This document shows positions 47,432 through 58,820 of a stretch of DNA of 64,000 bases, one piece after another (the stretch's first letter is position 1; every line of letters starts with the position of its first letter). Location: NCBI GenBank assembly GCA_031416075.1, contig JANOSY010000055.1:9156-73155 (forward strand), read 5' to 3'. Below the pieces are notes generated by a model, which saw only the letters and a list, made by a program, of their open reading frames with translations, made no database searches and had not been told where the DNA came from. The position numbers and the translations under genes were made by a program. The DNA comes from Candidatus Tenderia sp. GTDB lineage: Bacteria > Pseudomonadota > Gammaproteobacteria > Tenderiales > Tenderiaceae.

Positions 47432-48828
47432 GCATAACCCTCATCGCCATAAGCGTTGGAGATGTGATTTTCAAAGCGGGTGTACTTGCCCACAAAGGTG
47501 AGCCGCACCGTACCGATAGGACCATTACGCTGTTTACCGATGATGATTTCAGCCGTCCCTTTATCCTCACTCTCCGAGTTATAGACCTCGTCACGATAGA
47601 TGAAGACAATGACATCCGCATCCTGCTCAATCGCCCCCGATTCACGCAGATCCGACATGATGGGACGTTTGTTCGGGCGCTGTTCCAGACTGCGGTTAAG
47701 CTGCGACAGCGCAATCACCGGCGCATTAAGCTCTTTGGCCAGCCCTTTGAGTGAGCGCGAAATCTCTGAGATTTCAGCGGTACGGTTCTCATTGGAACCG
47801 GGCACCTGCATCAGCTGCAGGTAATCGATCACCACCAGGCCAATCTGGCCATGTTCACGGGTCAAACGACGACAACGGGCGCGCAACTCATTGGGCGACA
47901 GACCGCCCTGGTCATCAATAAACAGGGGCCGTTCCGCCAGCAGCCCCACTGCCGACGCCAGACGGGGCCAATCCTCATCCTCCAGTTTACCGCTACGCAC
48001 CTTATTCTGATCAATACGTCCCAGGGACGAGAGCATACGCATCGCCAGCTGTCCCGACGGCATCTCCATGCTGAACACGGCCACCGGGTTGTCACTCTTT
48101 ACCGCCACGTACTCGGCAATATTCATGGCAAACGTGGTTTTACCCATGGAGGGGCGTCCCGCCACAATCACCAGATCGCCGCCTTGCAGACCCGATGTCA
48201 TGCCATCAAAATCATCAAAGCCGGTAGCAACACCGGTGATCGGATTATCCTGCTGGTAGAGCAGATCGATACGATCTACCACGCCAGTAAGTACATCCTT
48301 AATGGCGGCAAAACCGCCCTGCCCTTTGCCCCCCTGTTCAGCAATTTCAAAAACCATGCGCTCGGCATTATCGAGCAGCTCGTGGCTGTCTCGACCGTCA
48401 GGATTAAAGGCGCTGCTACTGATCTCACCACCGACACGGATCAGGCTACGCAATACCGAACGTTCCCGGATGATATTGGCATAGGCCTTAATGTTGGCAG
48501 CACTGGGGGTATTGTTGGCCAACATGCCCAGATAGGAGAGCCCGCCAACATTAATCAATTCATTATTGTTATCCAGCCACTCAGAGAGCGTCACCACATC
48601 AAAGGGGACTCCCTTCTCCGACAGAGAACGGATAGCACGGAAGATAAGTCGATGGTTTTGTCGGTAAAAATCCTCCTCCGCCACAATATCCACCACCTGA
48701 TCCCATGTGCTGTTATCCAGCATCAAACCGCCCAGCATTGACTGCTCGGCCTCAACGGAATGGGGGGGAACCTTCAGGCTCTCCAGCATCTCGTCCTGAA
48801 TGGTATTGGTATGAAATGAGTCAGACAT
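47428..48828 (-). CDS. dnaB: Replicative helicase DnaB
   Basis: PPHSVEAEQ, GRPSMGKT, IDYLQLM, DLRESGAIEQDAD, KQRNGP. Confidence 0.99.
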   Translation of the reverse strand: MSDSFHTNTIQDEMLESLKVPPHSVEAEQSMLGGLMLDNSTWDQVVDIVAEEDFYRQNHRLIFRAIRSLSEKGVPFDVVTLSEWLDNNNELINVGGLSYLGMLANNTPSAANIKAYANIIRERSVLRSLIRVGGEISSSAFNPDGRDSHELLDNAERMVFEIAEQGGKGQGGFAAIKDVLTGVVDRIDLLYQQDNPITGVATGFDDFDGMTSGLQGGDLVIVAGRPSMGKTTFAMNIAEYVAVKSDNPVAVFSMEMPSGQLAMRMLSSLGRIDQNKVRSGKLEDEDWPRLASAVGLLAERPLFIDDQGGLSPNELRARCRRLTREHGQIGLVVIDYLQLMQVPGSNENRTAEISEISRSLKGLAKELNAPVIALSQLNRSLEQRPNKRPIMSDLRESGAIEQDADVIVFIYRDEVYNSESEDKGTAEIIIGKQRNGPIGTVRLTFVGKYTRFENHISNAYGDEGYA

Positions 48829-48884
48829 GAATTTACCCTAATGCCATGTGTGGGCCACAGCAACACGAGGTATATAGAAAAGGA

Positions 48885-48920
48885 ATAAAACCCCCAGCCG
48901 AGCCCACGGCTCGGCTGGGG
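48885..48920 (-). terminator. Terminator after rplI
   Basis: 13-bp stem CCCCAGCCGAGCC-cac-GGCTCGGCTGGGG with a T run on the minus strand. Confidence 0.8.
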
Positions 48921-48928
48921 TGTAACAA

Positions 48929-49381
48929 CTACTCAGAAACAATGCTCACCTTAACGGAAGCAACAACATCCGCGTGCAGCTGCAAATCATACTCAAATTC
49001 GCCTACCAAACGAATTACACCATCAGGCATACGAACTTCGTTCTTATTCACATCAATACCTGACGCCGCGCTCACTGCCGCTGCAATATCACTGGTACCA
49101 ATAGAACCAAACAGACGACCACCGTCACCCGCCTTGCAGGCAATCTGCACTGCCAAGCCATTCAGCTTCTCAGCGCGACCCTGTGCTTCAGCCACAGCTT
49201 CCGCTGCCGCTTTTTCCAACTCCTGACGACGGGCCTCAAACTTGGCCTTGTTGTCCGGCGTAGCCATTACAGCCTTACCGTTAGGAATCAGGAAGTTCCG
49301 GCCATAGCCTGGACGAACCTTAACCTGATCACCCAAACCACCCAGATTTGCTACCTTTTCCAACAAGATTAAATCCATCAC
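48929..49381 (-). CDS. rplI: 50S ribosomal protein L9
   Basis: [28 protein letters not shown]. Confidence 0.98.
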   Translation of the reverse strand: MMDLILLEKVANLGGLGDQVKVRPGYGRNFLIPNGKAVMATPDNKAKFEARRQELEKAAAEAVAEAQGRAEKLNGLAVQIACKAGDGGRLFGSIGTSDIAAAVSAASGIDVNKNEVRMPDGVIRLVGEFEYDLQLHADVVASVKVSIVSE

Positions 49382-49417
49382 ATACCTCTGCTTAATTACG
49401 TTAAGCCAATTATAAAA

Positions 49418-50365
49418 CTACTCATCATCACGCTTGTCAGCAATGCCCGGAGGGGCACTGCCTTTAAAACGTCTCCTGAAGTCCATCCAGCTGTCGGCAA
49501 ACCCTACACCGGCAAGTGCTGTCATTGCATGAAAAGGCACTACAAACGCCACCACATACAACGCAATCAACCAACCACGATGTTTACCCAGCACAGCCAC
49601 TAACGCATGGACCAACGCCAGACCCGCCACACTATAGACCACCACAGCAATCACCATGAGATCCGCAGCCAGCCGGCTTACCACTCCAAACTTAAACAAA
49701 CTCAACAGCAACAGCACCAGTACCACCATCGTGGCAACACGGCTCTGGCGTAAACCATAAATCTCCTGGCGAAAACCACCCGGATTAAACAGTAACGACT
49801 GCCACCAGCGTGCCAACATAATACTGGCAATCAACCCCAGCACAAAGGCACCAGCCAACATGCCAGTCATCCACTCGGCAGCCTTTGGCAACTGCTCACG
49901 CAGCAAACCCAGCTCCATCCCGCCACTCTGAGTCGCCATCGCATCAAACAACTGATCCAGCACCAACAGCCACCACTGTGCAGGATCACCCGTTGCAATA
50001 TAGAACACCAGCACAACCAGAACGCCCAGCACCACAGCAGCATCGAGTGTAATAGACCAAGAGACAGTGCGCCGCAACAACAGGGACAAGCCCCACAACG
50101 GCAGCCAGAGGAACAGCAGGAAAACCACTCCCGGCAATACCGTGCCCATGGCAACGTATAAAAAGAGGTTAAGGATCAGGCTGGCACCTGCCATAATCTG
50201 CAGCCCCTGCCTTGCACCATGTCGCAGCGTGGCCAGCGCCAGCGCCGCGCCACTCAGAACGCTCAAAATCCCCAGAATGGGGATCAAGGACGTTAGCGCA
50301 AAGGCTGCTGTCACTAACAGCGCCTGTATTGGACCTCGCATGATGTAACTAGCCAACGGATACAT
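49418..50365 (-). CDS. DUF2232-like membrane protein
   Basis: Multi-TM; YIMRGP, LARWWQSLLFNPGGF, DSWMDFR; typical position between rpsR and rplI. Confidence 0.8.
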   Translation of the reverse strand: MYPLASYIMRGPIQALLVTAAFALTSLIPILGILSVLSGAALALATLRHGARQGLQIMAGASLILNLFLYVAMGTVLPGVVFLLFLWLPLWGLSLLLRRTVSWSITLDAAVVLGVLVVLVFYIATGDPAQWWLLVLDQLFDAMATQSGGMELGLLREQLPKAAEWMTGMLAGAFVLGLIASIMLARWWQSLLFNPGGFRQEIYGLRQSRVATMVVLVLLLLSLFKFGVVSRLAADLMVIAVVVYSVAGLALVHALVAVLGKHRGWLIALYVVAFVVPFHAMTALAGVGFADSWMDFRRRFKGSAPPGIADKRDDE

Positions 50366-50446
50366 CAGCCGCCACCCTCACTTGCAAAATCCATTTTAAT
50401 ATCCATAAAAACACTCCGTTCCCACAGTGGAACGGAGATTTTTCAC

Positions 50447-50674
50447 TTACCGGTGTGCATCGCTATATGGCAGCAGTGACAGATACCGGGCACGTTTGAT
50501 AGCAGTAGACAGCTGACGCTGATACTTGGCTTTGGTGCCTGTAATGCGGCTAGGAACAATCTTGCCGGTTTCAGTCACATACGCCTTCAGAGTGTTCAGA
50601 TCCTTATAGTCGATCTGCTTAACATTCTCAGCAGTGAAACGGCAAAACTTACGACGACGAAAAAAACGAGCCAT
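50447..50674 (-). CDS. rpsR: 30S ribosomal protein S18
   Basis: [23 protein letters not shown]. Confidence 0.99.
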   Translation of the reverse strand: MARFFRRRKFCRFTAENVKQIDYKDLNTLKAYVTETGKIVPSRITGTKAKYQRQLSTAIKRARYLSLLPYSDAHR

Positions 50675-50706
50675 GTTGACCTCTCTTAAAAATTCCTATC
50701 ACTAAA

Positions 50707-51012
50707 TTAGGTTTCAGTCTGAATCTGCTGTGCATGGAGAACCAATCGACTCTCCCCTTGCCGGTTATTGGCGCGGGAGATAAACCCCGTCACCACCACA
50801 ACCTGCTCCACACTCACGGACTCAATCTGATCTTTCAGCTCAAACCCTGCTGCCATTACCACTATCCGACACTTTGCTGTACGCGCCATTCCCGCTTCTG
50901 TTTGAAGTGAGAGGTGCTCCAGTGTAAAACTGGTGAGCGGAATACCAGCAGGGGAATATCGTGTTTCAGGTGCCTTGCAAAACGTACCGCTCAACACCAG
51001 ACGATTTTCCAA
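50707..51012 (-). CDS. priB: Primosomal replication protein PriB
   Basis: NRLVLSG, RYSPAGIP, LEH, VLHAQQI; between rpsF and rpsR. Confidence 0.92.
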   Translation of the reverse strand: MENRLVLSGTFCKAPETRYSPAGIPLTSFTLEHLSLQTEAGMARTAKCRIVVMAAGFELKDQIESVSVEQVVVVTGFISRANNRQGESRLVLHAQQIQTET

Positions 51013-51020
51013 AAGCGTGA

Positions 51021-51431
51021 TTAAGCCTCTGCCACTACATCAGACGCAGGACTACTACTATCATCATCATTCTCATCAAAGACACGTGCTGGGCGCTCTT
51101 CACGCTCATCTTCACGGCTCTTGGCAAGGAAAGACTGATCAGTCACTGCCTCATCCATACGGATGATCATATTACGAACCACGGCATCATTAAAACGGAA
51201 GGCACTGCCCAGCTCATCAATACTGGTTTGACTGCATTCAACATTCATCAATACGTAGTGTGCTTTATGCGCTTTGGCAATAGGATAGGCCAACTGGCGA
51301 CGGCCCCAATCTTCCAGACGGTGAATACTGCCACCATCGGCTTCAACGATTGAACGGTAACGTTCAATCATCGCTGGAACCTGTTCGCTCTGGTCAGGGT
51401 GAACTAAAAATACAACTTCGTAATGTCTCAT
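51021..51431 (-). CDS. rpsF: 30S ribosomal protein S6
   Basis: [30 protein letters not shown]. Confidence 0.99.
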   Translation of the reverse strand: MRHYEVVFLVHPDQSEQVPAMIERYRSIVEADGGSIHRLEDWGRRQLAYPIAKAHKAHYVLMNVECSQTSIDELGSAFRFNDAVVRNMIIRMDEAVTDQSFLAKSREDEREERPARVFDENDDDSSSPASDVVAEA

Positions 51432-51594
51432 TAACAGCACTCCTCTCGGCTATTAGAGCCTCCCACACAATGTGGTAAGGCAAGGAGAATCACCCATCAA
51501 GCCAAGCCGGACGGATGAAGGGCGCGATTTTACTGGACTGGGCCGCCAGATGCAATTGAGTTTATTGGCAATAACGCAACAACAACGTCAATCA

Positions 51595-52332
51595 CTATAC
51601 ACGCCGCTGCCGTAACGCCTCAAACATGCAGATGCCGGCAGCAACGGAGACATTCAGGCTCTCAACGGTACCCAGCATGGGGATTTTGATCAAATTGTCA
51701 CAATGTTCCCGTGTCAGACGCCGCAATCCACCCTCTTCCGCCCCCAATACCAAACCCAGCGCACCTTTAAGATCAACGTCATACACATCAGAGCCAACCT
51801 CACCCGCCGCACCGACCAACCAGACCCCGGCCTGCTGCAACTCACGCATCGTACGGGCAAGATTGGTGACCTGGTAAAACGGAACGGACTCGGCGGCACC
51901 ACACGCCACCTTGCGTACTACAGGAGTCAGCCCCGTCGCCTTATCTTTAGGTACAACCACCGCGTCAACACCCGCGGCATCAGCAGAACGCAGGCAGGCA
52001 CCCAGGTTGTGAGGGTCTTGAACCCCATCCAGGATCAGTAAAAAGGGTGGGTGATCAAGCGACTCAATCAGGGCCATCAAATCCAGGGCCTCTGCCCGCA
52101 AATGCGGAATCAGGCGGGCCACAACCCCTTGGTGACGAGCGCCTTCAGAGAGTCTGTCCAGCTCAGCACGCGGCAGATAACTGAGCCTCACCTGAGCGCT
52201 GGCCGCCTCAGTTAATAACTCAGCGAGCCTGGCGTTGGGGCGATTGCCACCCTCAACGCAGATTTCAGCCACACTTTGCGGATTTTTAAGCACTGCCGCC
52301 ACGGCATGTATGCCATACACCAGATCACTCAT
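51595..52332 (-). CDS. rlmB: 23S rRNA G2251 methyltransferase
   Basis: HQGVVA, LDGVQDPHNLGAC, SLNVSVA. Confidence 0.97.
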   Translation of the reverse strand: MSDLVYGIHAVAAVLKNPQSVAEICVEGGNRPNARLAELLTEAASAQVRLSYLPRAELDRLSEGARHQGVVARLIPHLRAEALDLMALIESLDHPPFLLILDGVQDPHNLGACLRSADAAGVDAVVVPKDKATGLTPVVRKVACGAAESVPFYQVTNLARTMRELQQAGVWLVGAAGEVGSDVYDVDLKGALGLVLGAEEGGLRRLTREHCDNLIKIPMLGTVESLNVSVAAGICMFEALRQRRV

Positions 52333-54653
52333 TCAACCACAACCTTCTTTTTACTTCTTTTTTTACGGGGCCGCTTTTTCTTGGGGGCGTCAGACTTAAC
52401 ATCCCCCTCTTTTTTAGTGGATCTCTTTTTTGGTTTTGCCTGATCAGTACCTTCAACCGTATCTGCAGGTTTACCACCCTCCACGCCCGCCATATCAAAG
52501 TCGATACGTTTACGGTCAAGATCAACCCGCGCCACCTTTATCCTGACCTTATCGGCAAGACGGTAGACAACACGGCTGCGCTCACCCACCAAACGGTGTT
52601 TCTGTGCATCAAACTCATAATAATCAGAGGCTAACGAGGTGATGTGCACCAGCCCCTCAACATAGATATCACTCAGCTCCACAAACAGGCCAAAACCGGT
52701 GACGCTGGTGATAATGCCATCAAACTCCTCACCCACACGCTCAAGCATAAACTCACATTTGAGCCAATCGGTGGCATCACGGGTGGCGTCATCGGCACGT
52801 CGCTCTGTCATCGAACAGTGCTCACCCATCACTGCCATCTCGCCCGGACCATAGGCAAACCCTTTTTTCGAATTGTAATGCAGGCAGTGACGAATAGCGC
52901 GATGTACCAACAGATCCGGATAACGGCGAATCGGCGAGGTAAAGTGGGCATACCCATCAAAAGCCAAGCCAAAATGGCCATTATTTTCCGGCGTGTAGAC
53001 CGCCTGACTCAAACTCCGCAACATCACCGTCTGAATCAGATGAGCATCCGGGCGATCACCCAGCCCTTGCAGCAGTTTGGCATAGTGTTTTGGCAGAGGC
53101 TCATCCCCACCGCCCAGCGACAACCCCAGCTCTGCAAGAAATTGGCGCAAATTGGCGAGTTTATCCTCAGAGGGACCTTTGTGAACACGGAAAAGGGCCG
53201 GGATCTCATAATCGAGCAAAAAGTCTGCCGCGCACACATTGGCCGCGATCATAAACTCCTCAATCAGCTTATGTGCATCATTACGCTCAACGGGGACAAT
53301 ACGCTCTATCTTGCGGTCACGGCCAAAGACAATTTTTGTCTCGGTGGTCTCAAAGTCGATAGCGCCACGTTTATCACGCTTGGCCCTGAACACCTTATAC
53401 AGTTTGTGCAGCTCTTCCAGATGGGGCAGCAACGGCTCATGCTGGCTACGCAGCTCTGCGTTACGTTCCACCACCATTTCAGCCACTTCGGTATAGGTCA
53501 GACGTGCTGCAGAGCGCATCAACCCTTCAAAAAAGTCATAACCGGTCACATCACCTTTGCTGGAGATGAACATCTCACACACCATGCAGAGACGGTCGAC
53601 TTGCGGATTCAAGGAACAGAGTCCATTGGAGAGGATCTCAGGCAACATCGGGATCACACGCCCCGGGAAGTAAACCGAGTTGCCACGGGTGGTCGCCTCA
53701 CGGTCCAGCGCCGTGCCCAGCTGCACATAATGAGATACATCAGCAATGGCAACCAGCAGCTTCCAGCCATCACCATGGGGTTCACAGTAGACCGCATCAT
53801 CAAAATCGCGGGCATCTTCACCATCAATGGTCACCAGCGGCAGATCACGCAGATCTTCACGATCAAGCTTATCCGCCTCCGCCACCTCCGGCACAAACCC
53901 AACAATCTCCTGCTTCACCTCTACCGGCCATTCACGCGGCAGGCAGTGGGCGCGGATCGCAATATCGATCTCCATGCCGGGATCCATATGATCACCCAAC
54001 ACCTCAACAATCTTGCCAATGGGCTGAGAACGACTGCTGGGCTGCTCAATAATCTGCGCCACCACAATCTGGCCATCGGAAGCACCGCCACGCCATTCGG
54101 CAGCGATCAGAATATCCTGTGTCACCCGCTTATTGTCAGGGACGACAATGCCAATCCCATGTTCAAGCTGAAAACGACCGACAATCTCATTGTTGGCGCG
54201 TTCCAGCACCTCCACCACGGACCCCTCACGACGGCCACGGCGATCAACCCCGGAGACCCGCACAATAGCGCGGTCACCATGCAGCAGCGAACGCATCTGT
54301 TTGGCCGACAGAAACAGGTCATCCCCGCCACCATCAGGCACCAGAAAGCCAAAACCGTCAGCGTGGCCAATTACCCGGCCGGTGATCAGCTGCATTTTGC
54401 TCGCCAGACCGTAGCCGTCACGGCGATTACGGACCAACTGGCCATCCCGCTCCATCGCCCGCAGGCGGCGCGTCAAGGCCTCAACATCCTGTTCGCTCTC
54501 CAACCCCAGCATCTCTGCCAGCGGCTGAAACTGCAACGGCTCCCCTTTCTCTGCCAGCAACTCCATGATCAACTCACGGCTGGGAATCGGGTTCTCATAT
54601 TTTTGAGCCTCACGCTCAGCCAGGGGATCGTTCAATTTTGGGCGTTTAACCAT
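52329..54653 (-). CDS. rnr: Ribonuclease R
   Basis: TIDGEDARDFDDA, HFTSPIRRYPDL, S1 domain, basic tail. Confidence 0.98.
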   Translation of the reverse strand: MVKRPKLNDPLAEREAQKYENPIPSRELIMELLAEKGEPLQFQPLAEMLGLESEQDVEALTRRLRAMERDGQLVRNRRDGYGLASKMQLITGRVIGHADGFGFLVPDGGGDDLFLSAKQMRSLLHGDRAIVRVSGVDRRGRREGSVVEVLERANNEIVGRFQLEHGIGIVVPDNKRVTQDILIAAEWRGGASDGQIVVAQIIEQPSSRSQPIGKIVEVLGDHMDPGMEIDIAIRAHCLPREWPVEVKQEIVGFVPEVAEADKLDREDLRDLPLVTIDGEDARDFDDAVYCEPHGDGWKLLVAIADVSHYVQLGTALDREATTRGNSVYFPGRVIPMLPEILSNGLCSLNPQVDRLCMVCEMFISSKGDVTGYDFFEGLMRSAARLTYTEVAEMVVERNAELRSQHEPLLPHLEELHKLYKVFRAKRDKRGAIDFETTETKIVFGRDRKIERIVPVERNDAHKLIEEFMIAANVCAADFLLDYEIPALFRVHKGPSEDKLANLRQFLAELGLSLGGGDEPLPKHYAKLLQGLGDRPDAHLIQTVMLRSLSQAVYTPENNGHFGLAFDGYAHFTSPIRRYPDLLVHRAIRHCLHYNSKKGFAYGPGEMAVMGEHCSMTERRADDATRDATDWLKCEFMLERVGEEFDGIITSVTGFGLFVELSDIYVEGLVHITSLASDYYEFDAQKHRLVGERSRVVYRLADKVRIKVARVDLDRKRIDFDMAGVEGGKPADTVEGTDQAKPKKRSTKKEGDVKSDAPKKKRPRKKRSKKKVVVE

Positions 54654-54714
54654 AAGTTATATTCTTTCTTATCCTTGATTCATTTTTAAGTTGGCAATTA
54701 TTATCGCACACTAA

Positions 54715-54751
54715 TTGACAGTCAGCTCACCCCACCGTAAAATGCGCCGCC
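54715..54751 (+). promoter_or_regulatory. Sigma70 stable-RNA promoter of tRNA-Leu
   Basis: TTGACA-N17-TAAAAT followed by GC-rich discriminator GCGCCGCC. Confidence 0.8.
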
Positions 54752-54798
54752 ACTAGGGAGATGAAAATCTTCTAGTGACATATAATACAATGCCCCCT

Positions 54799-54885
54799 GC
54801 CGAGGTGGCGAAATTGGTAGACGCACTAGCTTCAGGTGCTAGCGGGGGTAACCCCATGGAGGTTCAAGTCCTCTCCTCGGCACCA
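54799..54885 (+). tRNA. tRNA-Leu(CAG)
   Basis: GCCGAGG acceptor stem, anticodon arm CTAGC-TTCAGGT-GCTAG, long variable arm, TTCAAGT loop, CCA end. Confidence 0.96.
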
Positions 54886-55879
54886 TACAAACTGCAACAC
54901 AGCGTCACCCAACAGCTCACATAGAGTAAGCCCCCTGCCCTTAAAACAATAAAAACAGTAACCGAAGGTATATAACTACATTTCCACCTTCAATACCACA
55001 AATCCGTAATTTATCGGCTTACACAAAATATCGATAAGGCGACATAATTGAACACACTGTCCAAAATAATAGCCCCGTTGAACACCACTAATCATCAATG
55101 GTTCTCCCCATTACGCTGGCAGTAGCAATTAGGCTAAAGAGGCATGTAGTCGCCATCCTTATCAAAGTGTCACATCCCAAGTACGGCAAATAACATCAAC
55201 ACCCTACCTTGGCCATACTGCCATAGCTATCACTCACATACACCGTAAGCCCGCCGCAAATTTAGCCTCGAGACTGTCAATAGCAGCGTGACTATGCCAT
55301 TCAGCGCTATATTGGCTGCCAACAGTGGCACGCTGGCCAGCAGCAGAAAAAGCGAAACCAAGACTCGTTTCATCACGATCTTCCCTCAGTATTTATTATT
55401 AGTGTGCCGCTGGTTACAAACCGGTTCGGCAGATTTTTTTCAACATAAAACACACAACGCCACCGCGCGCTGTTGCATAAGCGTAGATTCGCTTGTTCTG
55501 TCTGTTTGGTCAGTGCTGTGTTCATGTTCGTTTTGTTATCGTCTGCTCGGGGTTTGAGTTTTGTTCAATCTGTTGTCAGTTATTTGTTGGGCTTTCGCTA
55601 ACCGCCATGGAGAGCGAAGCGATGGCGGTTACTCCCCGATAGGCGACCCCGTCCGCAGACTCGTAGTTGGGAGCGTTAGCGAGCGACGAAGAGGATGCGG
55701 CAGCGGGTATAGTCGCCGTAGAGTCATTGTGGCAGGCGTGTCGTAGTGTGGCGAGTCCATTTATGGACAATGCCATACGGAGACGCGGCGGACGCAGGAC
55801 GGTCGGGGCAAAAGGAATCAGTTGTCGCGTAAGTGAGTCTATTTTGGGCATGGACGCCCAAAATAGGTAACGAAGTAGC

Positions 55880-55960
55880 GACACAATCTTCTCCCGGTTT
55901 CATCACTTCTACTGTTCTGAGAGATAGAGGTTTGGTATTCTGTGCTGTTGTCATGGGCAT
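55880..55960 (-). pseudogene. Integrase N-terminal (arm-binding) fragment
   Basis: AAGAGG RBS, then MPMTTAQNTKPLSLRTVEVMKPGE, resembling the KPLT...MKPG starts of tyrosine integrases; truncated. Confidence 0.5.
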
Positions 55961-56001
55961 CCTCTTGAATTGGTTTCAGTTTGTTCAACTCAACTGAGAA
56001 A

Positions 56002-56077
56002 AAGTGTAACTTTTTGATCTCAACAAAACCTACCCCAACACAAGTTACACTTCAAGCTACACTTTAGAGTTACACTT
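56002..56077. repeat. Arm-type repeats AGTTACACTT
   Basis: Inverted copy at 56002, direct copies at 56043, 56055 (1 mismatch) and 56068. Confidence 0.75.
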
Positions 56078-56180
56078 TTTTGTGAGATCGGATGATATCC
56101 CATAATATTTACTGAGATTATAAGAGACAGCAATAAAACTGAAACACAATACTTTTCAATAGTTTAATCGGCGCAACAGT

Positions 56181-58769
56181 ATGAGTTCTAAAGAAAATAC
56201 AAACCCACACACCCCCATGATGCAGCAATATCTGGGCATCAAGGCCGAGCACCCCAACATGCTGCTCTTTTACCGCATGGGCGATTTTTACGAACTCTTT
56301 TTTGACGACGCCCGCAAGGCCGCACGACTGCTCGATATAACACTAACCTCCCGCGGCCAATCAGCAGGCGAGCCTATTCCAATGGCGGGCATCCCCTACC
56401 ACGCGGCAGAAGGGTATCTGGCACGGCTGGTCAAGCAGGGTGAGTCTGTTGCACTCTGTGAACAGGTAGGGGACCCCGCCACCTCCAAAGGACCGGTAGA
56501 GCGCAAGGTGATGCGGGTCATCACCCCTGGCACCGTCACCGACGAGGCGCTGCTTAACGAACGCCAGGATAACGTGCTCGCCGCCGTACACCGTCATGAC
56601 AACAACTTTGGTATTGCCACCCTGGACCTCACCTCTGGTCGCCTCGTTGTGATGGAGGTGGCGGGCAAAGAGGCTCTCAACGACGAGCTGGAACGTATCC
56701 GTCCCGCCGAACTGCTGGTCAGCGAAGCGCTAAACCGCATGTTAACGCTGGAGGCCCACTACCCGGTGCGGCAGCAGCAGCCGTGGCATTTTGAGTTCGA
56801 GACCGCAGTGCGCCTGCTCACCACCCAGATGGGCACCCGTGATCTGCACGGTTTTGGTTGCGACACCATGAACAGCGCCCTCTGTGCCGCCGGTTGTCTG
56901 ATGCAGTACGCCCAGGAGACCCAACGCGCCGCCCTGCCCCACATTCAGGGGATCAGCGTCGAACGGCGTGAAGATAGTGTTGTGATGGATGCCACCAGCC
57001 GCCGCAATCTGGAGCTTGAGGTCAATCTGTTTGGTGGCCGCGACAATACCCTGCTCGATGTGATGGACCGCAGCGCCACCGCCATGGGTAGCCGCCTGCT
57101 GCGGCGCTGGCTCAACCGACCGTTACGTGACCACCAGATTCTGAATCAGCGCCTGCATGCCATCGACACCCTGCTGGAAAACCACAATTTTGAACTCCCA
57201 CAGGAGCAGTTGCGGACCATCGCCGACATCGAACGCATTCTCGCCCGTATCGGCCTGAAGTCGGCCCGCCCCCGCGACCTCGCCCAGCTGCGCGACACCC
57301 TGGCACAGCTACCGGCATTGCACCGACAGATCCAGCCTCTCTCGTCACCCCTGATTGAGAATATCACCGCACGGATGGGGCAATATCCGGAGCTACACAC
57401 CTACCTGCTACGGGCCGTGATCGACAACCCACCTGTGATCATCCGTGATGGCGGGGTTATCGCCCCCGGTTACGATGTAGAACTGGATGAGTTACGTGGT
57501 ATCAGTAGCAATGCTGGGCAATATCTACTCGATCTCGAACAGCGAGAGAAGATCCGCAGCGGCATTCCAACCCTCAAAGTCGCCTACAACCGTGTGCATG
57601 GCTACTATATAGAGGTGAGCAAGGCGCAAGCCGACAAGGTGCCCGCCGACTACATCCGCCGCCAGACACTCAAAGGGTACGAACGCTACATCACACCGGA
57701 GCTAAAGGGGTTTGAGGATAAGGCGCTCAGCGCCAAGGAGCGAGCGCTGGCGCGGGAAAAGGCGCTGTACGAAGCCCTGCTGGAGTCACTGATCCCACAC
57801 CTTGCCGACCTGCAGACCAGCGCCGCCGCCATTGCCGAGCTGGATGTGCTGGCCAATCTGGCTGAACGTGCTGACACCCTGAATCTGAGTCGACCCACAC
57901 TGACGTCCGAACCTCAGATAGAGATCATCGCCGGACGCCATCCAGTGGTGGAGCAGAATCTCGACGGCCCGTTTGTACCCAACGATACCCGGCTCAACAG
58001 CGAGCAACGTATCCAGATCATCACCGGCCCCAACATGGGGGGTAAATCAACCTACATGCGTCAGACGGCGCTCATCACCCTGCTGGCCCACATCGGCAGT
58101 TTTGTACCGGCAGCCTCAGTGACCCTGGGGCCCATCGACCGCATCTTCACCCGCATCGGGGCCTCTGACGACCTGGCCGGTGGCCGCTCCACCTTCATGG
58201 TGGAGATGACCGAAACCGCCAACATCCTCCACAACGCCAGTGAAAACAGCCTGGTCCTTATGGATGAGATTGGCCGTGGAACCAGCACCTTTGACGGTCT
58301 GTCACTGGCGTGGGCCTGCGCGGAACACTTGGCAAAAAAGGTCTCTGCCTATACCCTGTTCGCCACCCACTACTTTGAGTTGACCGCCCTGCCAGAGCAG
58401 CACAGCAATGTGATCAACGTACACCTTGATGCAGTGGAGCATGGCGACAGCATCGTCTTTCTACATGCCGTCAAACCTGGCCCCGCCAACCAGAGCTACG
58501 GCCTGCAGGTGGCGGCGCTGGCCGGTATACCTAAAGCGGTCATCCAGGCCGCCAAGGTCAAACTGCGACAGCTGGAGAGTGGCGTGCCCCAACACAGCGG
58601 AACAAAAAACGCACCGCAGCTGGGGCTGTTTGATTCGCCACCACCGTTAGCGCAACCACTGCTCACACTGCTGGCAGCGCTGGATGAATTGTCCCCTGAT
58701 GAGTTCACACCGCGTCAGGCACTCGATAAACTGTACGAATTGAAAAAACTGGCAGACCTCAATACATAA
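56181..58769 (+). CDS. mutS: DNA mismatch repair protein MutS
   Basis: [39 protein letters not shown]. Confidence 0.99.
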   Translation: MSSKENTNPHTPMMQQYLGIKAEHPNMLLFYRMGDFYELFFDDARKAARLLDITLTSRGQSAGEPIPMAGIPYHAAEGYLARLVKQGESVALCEQVGDPATSKGPVERKVMRVITPGTVTDEALLNERQDNVLAAVHRHDNNFGIATLDLTSGRLVVMEVAGKEALNDELERIRPAELLVSEALNRMLTLEAHYPVRQQQPWHFEFETAVRLLTTQMGTRDLHGFGCDTMNSALCAAGCLMQYAQETQRAALPHIQGISVERREDSVVMDATSRRNLELEVNLFGGRDNTLLDVMDRSATAMGSRLLRRWLNRPLRDHQILNQRLHAIDTLLENHNFELPQEQLRTIADIERILARIGLKSARPRDLAQLRDTLAQLPALHRQIQPLSSPLIENITARMGQYPELHTYLLRAVIDNPPVIIRDGGVIAPGYDVELDELRGISSNAGQYLLDLEQREKIRSGIPTLKVAYNRVHGYYIEVSKAQADKVPADYIRRQTLKGYERYITPELKGFEDKALSAKERALAREKALYEALLESLIPHLADLQTSAAAIAELDVLANLAERADTLNLSRPTLTSEPQIEIIAGRHPVVEQNLDGPFVPNDTRLNSEQRIQIITGPNMGGKSTYMRQTALITLLAHIGSFVPAASVTLGPIDRIFTRIGASDDLAGGRSTFMVEMTETANILHNASENSLVLMDEIGRGTSTFDGLSLAWACAEHLAKKVSAYTLFATHYFELTALPEQHSNVINVHLDAVEHGDSIVFLHAVKPGPANQSYGLQVAALAGIPKAVIQAAKVKLRQLESGVPQHSGTKNAPQLGLFDSPPPLAQPLLTLLAALDELSPDEFTPRQALDKLYELKKLADLNT

Positions 58770-58820
58770 GTAGATGACGGTTTACGCTTTTACCTTAAAA
58801 TTGGCCCATAGGAGTTCATC

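Larger units (their letters stand above)
54890..56228. mobile_element. Decayed integrative element between tRNA-Leu and mutS
   Basis: No intact ORF; integrase N-terminal stub, arm-like repeats and a hairpin-rich block; AT-rich ends. Confidence 0.55.

Noticed and set aside
47428-48828. Intein in DnaB
   Set aside because: Normal 466-aa length with contiguous motifs.
52644-54689. 681-aa ORF on the + strand
   Set aside because: Antisense shadow of rnr caused by codon bias; no recognisable motifs.
54886-54960. Second att site (tRNA-Leu 3' repeat or original mutS start)
   Set aside because: No convincing copy of the tRNA 3' end or of the HTPMMQQ codons was found.
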